The notes under the pieces are model-generated. The model was not told the origin of the DNA, searched no databases, and worked only from the letters and a program-made list of their open reading frames with translations. Positions 26,981-35,912 of a stretch of 64,000 bases of DNA are shown here, in pieces (the stretch's first letter is position 1; every line of letters starts with the position of its first letter). Origin of the DNA: an uncultured Candidatus Saccharibacteria bacterium (GTDB lineage Bacteria > Patescibacteriota > Minisyncoccia > 2-02-FULL-40-12 > GWA2-44-9); the NCBI GenBank assembly GCA_964491455.1, contig CAZBFM010000001.1, positions 215,229-279,228 on the forward strand, written 5' to 3'. A program made the translations under genes and the position numbers.

Positions 26981-28033
26981 CTAGCACAGGATGGCACCGC
27001 CCAGCACCCGTGTACCCTGATAGAAGACAATGGATTGCCCCGCAGTTACCGACTTCATAGGACGTGAGAAGCGGATGCCGTTTTTTTCAATAACCACGTT
27101 CACAGTTGGTGTTCGATATCGAATTTTCGCTCGCAACGGCGCGCCAGCGGCAGGTGGCTCCGTAATCCAATGAATCGAGCGAATAGCGGCAGTCGTGGCA
27201 AGTAAATCACGCTCGCTTCCGACAATAATGACGTTTGTACGAATATTCTTTCGAATAACGAAATACGGACCACTTCCATCTTTGATATCCAACCCATGTC
27301 GCTGCCCTATAGTATAGTAGGCCGCGCCATCATGCGTTCCGAGCACGCGACCGTCCGCATGTTTGATTACTCCTTTTTTTGATGCAACTTGCGAAAGAAG
27401 AAATGATTTCATATCAAGGGGCCCCACGAAGCAAACACCTTGGCTATCCTTTTTATCCGCTGTGATAATCCCCTGCTCTCGAGCAATGCGACGTACTTCC
27501 GTTTTCTGCAACCCACCCAAAGGAAAGAGAATGTGCGAAAGGTGCGCCCCTGAAAGGCCCCAAAGAAAATATGTTTGGTCCTTCGACGTGTCCACTGCAG
27601 TTATGAGTCGGTCCACCCCATGCGTACGACGAATGCGCGCGTAGTGCCCAGTCGCAATAAAGTCGGCTCCTCTCTTTCGTGCTTCGCGGTAAAAATAGCC
27701 AAACTTAATATGACGATTACACTCGACATCAGGATTCGGAGTAATACCACGTCGATAATCACGTACCATGGGACCCGACACAAGACGTTCGTACTCATGT
27801 GAGAAATCCCACGTTTCAAATGGGATATCAAGTTGCGTAGCTACTCGAAGCGCATCAGACCGGTCCTGCTCCCACAAGCACGGAAAACCTTCAGGCTGCC
27901 ACGGGCGCATGTATACGCCAACAAGGTCAAAACCCTGCTTTTTCAGCAAGTGAGCGGCGACGGATGAATCCACGCCTCCCGACATCGCTATGAATACTTT
28001 TTTCTGCTTCGTTCCTCTCGTCATAAGACGCAT
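26981..28033 (-). CDS. mnmA: tRNA-specific 2-thiouridylase MnmA
   Basis: PP-loop SGGVDSS, MnmA catalytic Cys context; start may be the third Met (28024). Confidence 0.9.
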   Translation of the reverse strand: MRLMTRGTKQKKVFIAMSGGVDSSVAAHLLKKQGFDLVGVYMRPWQPEGFPCLWEQDRSDALRVATQLDIPFETWDFSHEYERLVSGPMVRDYRRGITPNPDVECNRHIKFGYFYREARKRGADFIATGHYARIRRTHGVDRLITAVDTSKDQTYFLWGLSGAHLSHILFPLGGLQKTEVRRIAREQGIITADKKDSQGVCFVGPLDMKSFLLSQVASKKGVIKHADGRVLGTHDGAAYYTIGQRHGLDIKDGSGPYFVIRKNIRTNVIIVGSERDLLATTAAIRSIHWITEPPAAGAPLRAKIRYRTPTVNVVIEKNGIRFSRPMKSVTAGQSIVFYQGTRVLGGAILC

Positions 28034-28108
28034 ATTATGTCACAGTTCTGTAATTTCGACAATGATTGCAATGCACTGGACTCGAGCGTACGATGCGGCA
28101 ACGACACT

Positions 28109-28912
28109 ATGAACACACGCACCAAACGCACGACGTCCCGCCCGCTCAAAATTGCGATTTTCGATATCGATGGCACCATCTTTCGCTCCAGCCTTCTCAT
28201 TGAGCTATTCAATGAGCTCCTGCGCCGCGGCGTGTTTCCCGAAACCGCGCGATATGATGTCGACCGAAAATACATTGCCTGGCTGAACCGCAAGGGCCAT
28301 TACAACGACTACATGATCAGCGTCGTAAATATTTTTTACGACAACCTCGCTGGTTGCTCGGTGCATAAAATCGAGCCTGCCATTCGCGCTGTCATTCGAC
28401 GGCAAAAGGATCGGGTGCATAGATACCCCCGTCACCTAATTCAAGAGCTGCGCAAGAAAGGCTATTTCATTATGGCGATTTCGAACTCACCAGAGCCGAT
28501 GGTCAAACGCTTTGCTACCATGATGAAATTCGACACCGCCATTGGCCACATCCTCGAAGTAGTCGACGATGTGTACACGGGCAACAGCCTCTTAAACGGA
28601 AAGAAGCGTCCTGGTCGAGCATGGATGGATAAAATTAAAATCTTGCAACGGTTTGCTGAAGAAAGCGGACTGAATATTGATTTAGAAAACTCGGTGATGA
28701 TTGGGGACAGTGAAGGCGATCTCCCACTATTATCAATCGTTGGTAATCCCATCGCATTCAATCCTTCACTTCCCCTCGCGCTCGAGGCGCGCTCAAAGGG
28801 TTGGCGAATTATCGTTGAAAGAAAGGATGTGATCTATGACATCCGCGATGCGGAGATCATCCAACTTCGAGGACAGGCGCCGCATGTTCCCTACGGAAAT
28901 CGAAAAAAGTAG
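28109..28912 (+). CDS. HAD-superfamily (subfamily IB-like) phosphatase
   Basis: HAD motif I IAIFDIDGTI, motif IV GDSEGD; start taken at MNTRTKR (divergent from mnmA). Confidence 0.7.
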   Translation: MNTRTKRTTSRPLKIAIFDIDGTIFRSSLLIELFNELLRRGVFPETARYDVDRKYIAWLNRKGHYNDYMISVVNIFYDNLAGCSVHKIEPAIRAVIRRQKDRVHRYPRHLIQELRKKGYFIMAISNSPEPMVKRFATMMKFDTAIGHILEVVDDVYTGNSLLNGKKRPGRAWMDKIKILQRFAEESGLNIDLENSVMIGDSEGDLPLLSIVGNPIAFNPSLPLALEARSKGWRIIVERKDVIYDIRDAEIIQLRGQAPHVPYGNRKK

Positions 28913-28926
28913 GATATACTCATACC

Positions 28927-29556
28927 ATGTTTGATCTTGTAGCACTCATTAAGAGCGCAAGCTATGCAGGCGTGTTTGGGATCGTTTATGCGGAAACCGG
29001 TCTCCTGATAGGATTGTTCTTGCCTGGTGACTCTCTCCTATTTACCGCGGGCTTCTTAGCCTCTCAGGGATACCTCGATATTGCCACATTGTGTTGTGCC
29101 ACTGGAATTGCCGCAATGCTTGGAGATAACACGGGGTACTGGCTCGGACGAACGTTCGGAAGTTCGGTTTTTTCGAAAAAGGGTTCATTCTTACTCGATC
29201 CCCAGCATCTTACTCGTGCAGAGCGATACTTCGCAGTGTATGGCTCAAAAACTCTACTCCTGGCACGTTTTATACCCGTCATACGCACTCTTGCACCTAC
29301 CATGGCGGGCGTAGGTCGCATGCACTATCGAACATTTTTTATGTATAGCGTTTTGAGCGCCGTATTGTGGGGGCTTGGCTTGCCACTCACTGGATACTTT
29401 CTTGGTAGCAGAATTCCTGGTATCGATGCATATCTCATTCCGATTGTGCTGATTATCATAATTGCATCTATTGGTCCGGGTATCTATCATCTCCTTCGCG
29501 ACCCTTCAACTCGCGCGCAACTCATCGCCGCAATCAAGCGTCGTCGCACGTCATAG
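28927..29556 (+). CDS. DedA/SNARE-associated (TVP38/TMEM64) family membrane protein
   Basis: 209 aa; DedA signature around GDSLLFTAGFLA...R(F/L)IPVIRT. Confidence 0.8.
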   Translation: MFDLVALIKSASYAGVFGIVYAETGLLIGLFLPGDSLLFTAGFLASQGYLDIATLCCATGIAAMLGDNTGYWLGRTFGSSVFSKKGSFLLDPQHLTRAERYFAVYGSKTLLLARFIPVIRTLAPTMAGVGRMHYRTFFMYSVLSAVLWGLGLPLTGYFLGSRIPGIDAYLIPIVLIIIIASIGPGIYHLLRDPSTRAQLIAAIKRRRTS

Positions 29557-29557
29557 T

Positions 29558-29773
29558 ATGCGAATCACGGTTATCGCAAAAACAAATAGCGCACCTTCCC
29601 TTCGAATGCTTGAAGAGAATCGTTACGCGATATCGGTGCGAGAAAAACCGGAACACGGAAAAGCAAACGAGGCAATTCGGAAATCATTGTCAAAACATTT
29701 TAAAATTTCGACGTCACGCATCTCACTTGTCATGGGAGCAACATCACGCACAAAATTATTTGTTCTTTCGTAA
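29558..29773 (+). CDS. DUF167 (YggU-like) family protein
   Basis: 71 aa from MRITVIAKTNSAP...GKANEAIRKSLSKHF...VMGATSRTKLF; starts 2 nt after the DedA stop. Confidence 0.6.
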   Translation: MRITVIAKTNSAPSLRMLEENRYAISVREKPEHGKANEAIRKSLSKHFKISTSRISLVMGATSRTKLFVLS

Positions 29774-29973
29774 ACAGTTATCCACTTTTTTTCTATGCAA
29801 GCATCGCATACGAATCTATAATGTACGTAGTTAGTCATTCACATTGGTATCGATGACGGATACACAGAAATTTATTTTTGTGGGTCGCCCGTCATTTTAC
29901 AACCATAAGGAGGAATTCGAGTCAGTGAGTATGCACCGCGGTGCCTACACATTGGTTCGCCGACCATCCAGAC

Positions 29974-30042
29974 ATGGCAAAGAAAGCAAAGAAAGCAGCC
30001 CCAAAGAAGAAAAAGGCTGCAGCAAAGAAGAAGAAGAGGTAA
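29974..30042 (+). CDS. Candidate 22-aa lysine-rich micro-ORF (MAKKAKKAAPKKKKAAAKKKKR)
   Basis: Hand-translated; lies between a TATAAT box (about 29813) and a hairpin terminator 17 nt after its stop; no SD of its own; an AGGAGG serves the overlapping longer frame. Confidence 0.25.
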   Translation: MAKKAKKAAPKKKKAAAKKKKR

Positions 30043-30058
30043 GCTCGTCTTCTGCCGA

Positions 30059-30088
30059 AAGAAGCCCTACGGGGCTTCTTTCATTTTT
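30059..30088 (+). terminator. Intrinsic terminator
   Basis: AAGAAGCCC-TACG-GGGCTTCTT then TCATTTTT. Confidence 0.55.
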
Positions 30089-30115
30089 ATCATGCAGGTA
30101 AGAAAAACCCCAGAC

Positions 30116-31465
30116 CTAGTTGTCTGGGGTTTCGGGTATCACCTGCGCTAACGGAACTTTCATCCACTGATCTCGCAGGTACCGCAACTTCGCAATGTAC
30201 CCTTTTGTTTCTGGAAGCAACGCAGTAGCTTTCTTTGTGCCTTTGCCATCAGTCCAGTCAAGCAAGTCTTTATTCTTCGCTATAGTAACAACCGAGAGTA
30301 CACGACCAATGCCAGTATTGTAGGCGGCTGCAAGGTACTCCTCCAAATTCGGATCAGAAAGAATCTCTTCGCCAAACACTGAAACGAGTCGCGACGCATT
30401 GTAGTCGTGCAAAAGCGTAGCCGCTTTCATCGCATTGAACTGATCGCGTGCACCCGCATCAAAATCTGGATTAATTTCGGCACGCGGATAAAGTTTGCGG
30501 ATAAAATCATACGTGCCCTTGGTATACTGCATAAGACCGCACGCGCTCGCCTTACTGCACGTATACGTTGCACTTGCGTCTCCATTGACGCCAATGACTA
30601 CGTGAATTCTGTCCGAGGTCCACGCCGGATCAAGCAAAAACTCCGTGAGATCCATATGCTCGATCGGAGCAAGTCGCATGACATACTCCATCTTCAACGC
30701 AGAAACATCGGCAACTAGACTATCGGGTACCGCCAGCGATACAACACCACGCTCTTTCAAGTCAGCGTATGCCCGCGCTGCAAGCTGAGACAGATAGCCA
30801 ATTCCACCCTGAACGATTTCGGGCGTATGCAGTTGCCGGCTATACGGAGTGTAGAAAATCGGGACGACTACATTCTTTGTGTCGTACACGATACGCGATT
30901 TCTTTCCACGCACTGCAATCGTTCTCGCTACGCGCTCTTCTCGTACATACGGATACTTCAGCAGAATAACTACCCGCTGGAGTGGAGCACGAATCGCAAA
31001 TTCAGTAGCCCAGTTATTCCACTGAATGCCATTACTTCTCGCGATCGGCTCGATGTCATAGCCCGTCTCCGCGATGAGCTGATTACCGCGTTTTGTTATG
31101 AGCGTTGTTTCAATGGCACACGTTTGCAAATCCATGAGCGCCAAAGCAATAGTCTTTTCTGGATCACGAAAAGTGATCATTAAGCCCGCACGGCGCTCTG
31201 TGTAGCGGTATATATCACTGCTGATGGCAAGGGGAACGCTCTCCAGTAATACTCTCGCTTCTTTTTGCTTACCGGCGATGTCACAGGCCATAGAAGTCGA
31301 GTTCACAGCTCTACCAGCGCCTTGCTCTTGAACAATGCGCATGATCTGATCGAGATACAGCGGTACAAATCGATAGCCCGAAACATCGGTTGCCATGTTT
31401 TGTGCGGACACCGAAGGTGGCACCGCAGCAACAAACAGTAGTAGTATAAACGTGAAGTTCTTCAT
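30116..31465 (-). CDS. Secreted protein with C-terminal SLT-type (family 1) lytic transglycosylase domain
   Basis: 449 aa; signal peptide; CGLMQYTKGTYDFI and AAAYNTGIGRV resemble the SLT GLMQ / AYNxG motifs (catalytic Glu position not obvious). Confidence 0.65.
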   Translation of the reverse strand: MKNFTFILLLFVAAVPPSVSAQNMATDVSGYRFVPLYLDQIMRIVQEQGAGRAVNSTSMACDIAGKQKEARVLLESVPLAISSDIYRYTERRAGLMITFRDPEKTIALALMDLQTCAIETTLITKRGNQLIAETGYDIEPIARSNGIQWNNWATEFAIRAPLQRVVILLKYPYVREERVARTIAVRGKKSRIVYDTKNVVVPIFYTPYSRQLHTPEIVQGGIGYLSQLAARAYADLKERGVVSLAVPDSLVADVSALKMEYVMRLAPIEHMDLTEFLLDPAWTSDRIHVVIGVNGDASATYTCSKASACGLMQYTKGTYDFIRKLYPRAEINPDFDAGARDQFNAMKAATLLHDYNASRLVSVFGEEILSDPNLEEYLAAAYNTGIGRVLSVVTIAKNKDLLDWTDGKGTKKATALLPETKGYIAKLRYLRDQWMKVPLAQVIPETPDN

Positions 31466-31523
31466 AGGATCACTCCATTGCTAAGGCACTCCCTAGAGAA
31501 TACCACTCACATACGTAAAGTCA

Positions 31524-32861
31524 TCAGAGGTTCTGCTCTATTGCTGCCGCTTTCTGTTGAATGGTATTGGCATATGAGATACAAATCGCCTGACTACAAT
31601 TCGGACTCCCACCTATGTATGCCTTTGCAGCAGCAACCTCGCCTGCCTTTGTCTTACTGGAAGCGCCTCCTCGCGCAAGCTTGATAGCTGCGGCAGTAAA
31701 CGCATCTTGCGTATTCCATGGGTTTGCCGTCGAACGGCCTGTCTGCGCGATAACTGCGGGCGCATAGGAAAGCCACGTAGATGGGATGAATTGCGCAGGG
31801 CCCATCGCGCCGCCACAGCCGTACGATGGCTCTTTGGAAACCTTGACCGTATTCGGGTCGACACCCAACGAGGATGTAATCGCAATGAAAGCATTCTTTT
31901 CAGTCTCGGCACGCTTGAGCAACGTATCACGGCGTGCTGTGGTGGTCGCTAGCTTGGACAGACGAACGTAACATTGAACCATGTCATCTTGCCAGTTACC
32001 CGTACCAACATTTTGACCGAGTCGCGACTCTACCTCCAGCAATGCCAATAGAAAAGCTGGACGTATTCCTGTACCCAGAGCCGCAAGTTCAGCATACTTC
32101 ACCGCATCTTCTACGGTGATGCCATTCTTTTGAAGATAAAAGATCTGCTCCTTGATACGGTCGAGATCTTGCTTTGTTTTCTTGATGAGCTCCTGGTATT
32201 TTGCCTCCTTGCCTTGTGTAACCTTCAGGACAGTGCTTTTCTCACCTTTCGCTGATGCGAGCTCGCGTTGCTGGAGAGCAGTAAGCGATCTCATTTTTTC
32301 CAACTGGTTCTTTTTTCCCTCGAGCTCTTCGCGTTTATCACCGAGCTCATTTTGTAATGCTCGTATATCAGAAATGGATTGACGCAACTTATCCTGCGTA
32401 ACCTGAATTTGATGTACGTAGTCGTAAAATTGAGAAAATGCATTATTTCGAAGAATGATCTCCGAAAGACTCTCTTGGTCCGTACTATTGGTCGATCGTA
32501 TATATTCCGATAGGGCCTCTTGATGTAATGCGACTTTTCGCTCCGCTTCAGTGATACCTGACACCGTAACGCCTATCTCCAACCCTGTTTGATCGATTGA
32601 CGTATTAAGCTGCTTGATTTGCGCATTAATTTGCCCTATTTGAGCGTTCAATTTCGCGATCTCGCCCTGTAACGTTTTGGATTGCTGTCCCACTTCTTGT
32701 TGCTGCTGCTGATACACATCGATTTGCCGTTGAAGCTCTTCAATTTGATGCTGCTTTGCAACAATATCATCCGCAATACTTGCTCGTGTAGAAATAGGAA
32801 AACACAACACGCCAAGAGCAATCGAGACAGCTATTGGCCGCCATATCAGCCGGAAGATCAT
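31524..32861 (-). CDS. Secreted coiled-coil protein with C-terminal MltB-like (family 3) lytic transglycosylase domain
   Basis: 445 aa; N-terminal anchor, about 230 aa Q/E-rich coiled coil, then LLEVESRLGQN ... GAMGPAQFIPSTW (MltB-type motifs). Confidence 0.65.
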   Translation of the reverse strand: MIFRLIWRPIAVSIALGVLCFPISTRASIADDIVAKQHQIEELQRQIDVYQQQQQEVGQQSKTLQGEIAKLNAQIGQINAQIKQLNTSIDQTGLEIGVTVSGITEAERKVALHQEALSEYIRSTNSTDQESLSEIILRNNAFSQFYDYVHQIQVTQDKLRQSISDIRALQNELGDKREELEGKKNQLEKMRSLTALQQRELASAKGEKSTVLKVTQGKEAKYQELIKKTKQDLDRIKEQIFYLQKNGITVEDAVKYAELAALGTGIRPAFLLALLEVESRLGQNVGTGNWQDDMVQCYVRLSKLATTTARRDTLLKRAETEKNAFIAITSSLGVDPNTVKVSKEPSYGCGGAMGPAQFIPSTWLSYAPAVIAQTGRSTANPWNTQDAFTAAAIKLARGGASSKTKAGEVAAAKAYIGGSPNCSQAICISYANTIQQKAAAIEQNL

Positions 32862-32948
32862 AGATATAAGTATACCAAATGCCGTCTATCGCGACAGTAG
32901 TACACAACTCGATATTAGAGTTCATACTATTCGGTGTATACTATCGGT

Positions 32949-33404
32949 ATGAATCGCCCACTAAAGATTTTAATTGTATCGCTAGCCCTTCTTTCCATCG
33001 CCTCGCATGCGCTGGCCACTTCGCAACTTGAACCCGTGCCGCTTGGCGAACAAACAGCGCTACTGTATCAGTACGCGCTTCGTGTCGCAGGCATTTCTGT
33101 ATTCATTATGTTTGTGCTTGCTGGACTCGCGAAGATGGTGCCGTTCATAAAAGGATATGTCGGGGACCCAACGGAAATCATAAAAAATGCGATCATCGGT
33201 CTTATCATTTTGGTGTCGGCCTATGCCATCCTCAACTCCATAAGCGGCGACCTTGTACGAGGAGGTGCCACAAACACCTCTGGCGCTGCAACGAACCGTT
33301 CTGGCTTATTCAGCGGCGCAAGAACGCCTTCGCCAACCCCGCCCACTCCATTTCAAGGTGGTGGCGGTTCTTTTGGAGGCGGCGGGGCTTCAGGTGACTT
33401 CTAA
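32949..33404 (+). CDS. Candidate VirB2/TrbC-like pilin-fold protein
   Basis: Signal peptide (MNRPLKILIVSLALLSIASHALA), two hydrophobic helices separated by a short loop, Gly-rich C-terminal tail; topology-based call only; ORF listed from GTG 32934. Confidence 0.4.
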   Translation: MNRPLKILIVSLALLSIASHALATSQLEPVPLGEQTALLYQYALRVAGISVFIMFVLAGLAKMVPFIKGYVGDPTEIIKNAIIGLIILVSAYAILNSISGDLVRGGATNTSGAATNRSGLFSGARTPSPTPPTPFQGGGGSFGGGGASGDF

Positions 33405-33405
33405 T

Positions 33406-33645
33406 ATGATCAAATTAGTTCTGCTTATACTCGTAGTCGCGACGATAGCTGTGTGGCAATCACCGTATCGTGACGCTGCGCGAGATACGATTCTCTCGCA
33501 GCGATCGGATGTTCAGCAATTCGCATCTTACTACACAGCGTCTGCGCTCAACGCGTTGAGCAACCTCTCGGACCGTGCCCGTCAAAAACTAATGCAACTC
33601 CTGCGAGAGGAGTTGCATTCAACCATCGATACGAACGTACGTTAG
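33406..33645 (+). CDS. Hypothetical small N-terminally anchored protein
   Basis: 79 aa (MIKLVLLILVVATIAVW...), ATG 2 nt after the upstream stop (TAATATG), i.e. coupled to the VirB2-like ORF. Confidence 0.35.
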   Translation: MIKLVLLILVVATIAVWQSPYRDAARDTILSQRSDVQQFASYYTASALNALSNLSDRARQKLMQLLREELHSTIDTNVR

Positions 33646-34379
33646 AGCTCGGAATCAATAAGGGCTTTGAATTTCTCAAATGGCTGAGCCCCAACTAGCT
33701 GTTTTCCATTTACAAAGAAGCTTGGCGTACCAGAAACCCCATACTTCGCTCCATCGGCCATGTCGGCGTCAACTTTCGACGCATATTTCGAATTGTCGAG
33801 ACACGAGTTGAATTTTGAAGCGGTCAAGCCGATCTCTGCTGCCCACTGTTTGAGCTCGGTGGTGCCATACGAAATGGTGCCCGTTCCCTTTTTTGCTTGC
33901 TCAAGGAACATCTTGTCATGCAACTGCCAGAACTTACCCTGCTCAGCGGCGCACTCCGCTGCAAGAGCCGAGGGACGAGCAGCGCTATGAAATGGAAGTG
34001 GATAATGACGAAACGCAACCTTCACCTTTCCGGTATCTATATATTCTTTCTTTATCTGCGCGTATGCACCCTCAAAAAAGCTTCTGCAAAACGGACACTG
34101 GAAATCGCTAAATTCGACAATGGTCACTGGGGCAGAATTACTCCCGAGAACCGCGTCTTTGCCGCTCAGAAGCACGCCAGGATCTTTAATCTCGGCAACC
34201 GGTGCAGCCACCTGCGTATCGTTTGCTTTTGCGTCCGATATTGTCGCCGTTGGTGATGCTCCGAATCCTGAATACAATATGGATCCCGATATCATTGCTG
34301 CGGCTACGAGAATCGCAAAGGGAGTGCTCGTGACGAGAGATGCTGCTGATTGCTGTGCTGGGGGTAATTCATTGTCCAT
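33642..34379 (-). CDS. DsbA-family thiol:disulfide oxidoreductase (membrane-anchored)
   Basis: 245 aa; N-terminal anchor; thioredoxin fold with CPFC active site (FSDFQCPFCRSF). Confidence 0.8.
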   Translation of the reverse strand: MDNELPPAQQSAASLVTSTPFAILVAAAMISGSILYSGFGASPTATISDAKANDTQVAAPVAEIKDPGVLLSGKDAVLGSNSAPVTIVEFSDFQCPFCRSFFEGAYAQIKKEYIDTGKVKVAFRHYPLPFHSAARPSALAAECAAEQGKFWQLHDKMFLEQAKKGTGTISYGTTELKQWAAEIGLTASKFNSCLDNSKYASKVDADMADGAKYGVSGTPSFFVNGKQLVGAQPFEKFKALIDSEL

Positions 34380-34394
34380 AGTAGATAGTATATA

Positions 34395-34658
34395 TTATTT
34401 CGTCTCGTGCGTTGCCCACGACTTGAGTGCGTCATAGCCCACCTCTCCGCAGAGCGTAGCTCCCGTTTCCGTGTTAATAAAAAATGGAACACCCCCACAA
34501 ACGCCTTGATCATACTGTTGCCGCTTTGCCTCATTTTCTTCATTATGCCACGTCTCTATTTTCTCAACAGAAACACCCGTCTCCTTCTCAAGGCGCTCAA
34601 CCAACGGATTCATTGCCAAACAATGGCCGCACTCTGTACCGTAGAATTCTAAAAGCAT
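34395..34658 (-). CDS. Small thioredoxin/glutaredoxin-like protein
   Basis: 87 aa; CGHC active site at N-terminus (FYGTECGHCLAM). Confidence 0.7.
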   Translation of the reverse strand: MLLEFYGTECGHCLAMNPLVERLEKETGVSVEKIETWHNEENEAKRQQYDQGVCGGVPFFINTETGATLCGEVGYDALKSWATHETK

Positions 34659-34667
34659 CGAAGTAAA

Positions 34668-35096
34668 TTAATCAATACACATACTACGAATCGCACACAC
34701 GAATAGTATGCCAGTTGAAACTGCAGATGCCAAACAGTAGTAGCACCATGCATGCAGTATAAATGCCTGAACGAATACAAAGTAGAGTGTGCCGAGCATT
34801 CCGAGACATATCACCCACGCGGCACCATGGAGCGCCGTACGCGAGCCCGTATCTGCATGGGCGATCAGCAAAAGGATAATCGTACCGTAGTAGATCATGC
34901 CGAACGCAGCAACCGGCACCCCTGCAACACTTGCATATGCGCTCGTGAGTACAGTGTCGCACTGCGAACTCGTCCCACACGGAGGGATTACGCCACGCAC
35001 ATGCTCGGCCGTCAGAAATGCACTATCAGCAAAGCCAATCAATGCAAACACAATACACACCGCAAATAAAGTGCGACTAATTCGCATCGAGCGCAT
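34668..35096 (-). CDS. Vitamin K epoxide reductase (VKOR) family protein
   Basis: 142 aa, 4 TM; loop cysteine pair (PPCGTSSQCD) and C-terminal CYYC redox motif in TM4. Confidence 0.8.
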   Translation of the reverse strand: MRSMRISRTLFAVCIVFALIGFADSAFLTAEHVRGVIPPCGTSSQCDTVLTSAYASVAGVPVAAFGMIYYGTIILLLIAHADTGSRTALHGAAWVICLGMLGTLYFVFVQAFILHAWCYYCLASAVSTGILFVCAIRSMCID

Positions 35097-35829
35097 TCAT
35101 TACATACTGCTTAAACGCATCGTAACTGTTTGGTTGCGGCATTTTTTTGCCATTCACATAAAACGAAGGTGTCGAGTTGACGCCAGCGCTCACTCCAGAC
35201 GCCACCTGTTCTTTCACACGTGAGATAACAGCGCTGGAATCGATATCGCGCTTGAACTTCTCAACATCGAGATTTTCAGCGTTCGCATACTCAAGAAATG
35301 CTCCACGCGCTCCGGTCTCTGATAGGCCCGCCCAGGATTGCTGCTGCTCGAACAACCGGTCGTGAAATTGCCAGAATTTGCCTTGCATTGCTGCAGCTTC
35401 TGCGGCTTGCGCTGCAAGCTGTGCATTCTTATGAATCGCAGTAAGAGGGAAAGATCGATACGCGAAGCGAATAGCATCTTTCAGCTCAGGCTCCTCGAGG
35501 AGCTGCTTTACGATTGGATAAAATGCCGCGCATGCCGGGCACTGAAAATCGCTATACTCAACCAATGTTATCTTGGCATTCTCAGGACCCGTTTCATGGT
35601 CGAGCTGCGATACGGGAACGGTAAGCGATCCGTCTTTCGTGGGCAAAACAACATTGGAGGAAAGCTGAATCATTCCCCACGCAACGAGCGCCAGAACAAC
35701 GAGAACCCCGCCCCACAGCATGAATCGGCGTCGCATGCGCGAACTTCCCTGCGATGACTGCCTATCAACGAGACGCTGCTTCTTCCGACTCTCATAGTCC
35801 AATGATGTGCCGATGTGTGTGTCATCCAT
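35077..35829 (-). CDS. DsbA-family thiol:disulfide oxidoreductase (second copy)
   Basis: CPAC active site (YSDFQCPACAAF), N-terminal TM; start taken at MDDTHIG. Confidence 0.8.
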   Translation of the reverse strand: MDDTHIGTSLDYESRKKQRLVDRQSSQGSSRMRRRFMLWGGVLVVLALVAWGMIQLSSNVVLPTKDGSLTVPVSQLDHETGPENAKITLVEYSDFQCPACAAFYPIVKQLLEEPELKDAIRFAYRSFPLTAIHKNAQLAAQAAEAAAMQGKFWQFHDRLFEQQQSWAGLSETGARGAFLEYANAENLDVEKFKRDIDSSAVISRVKEQVASGVSAGVNSTPSFYVNGKKMPQPNSYDAFKQYVMNALDAN

Positions 35830-35912
35830 AGAAAAATTGTAGCACGCGTACTTGTTCCAACAAGAGCACTGTGTGTATTCCAATACCACCGCAATGGAGC
35901 TATACTAGTGGT

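Noticed and set aside
29844-30101. Listed 85-aa ORF MVSMTDTQ...
   Set aside because: Not discarded outright, but it reads through the terminator hairpin and is K/E low-complexity that arises from an AAG/GAA repeat. I report the region as ambiguous rather than as a confident CDS.
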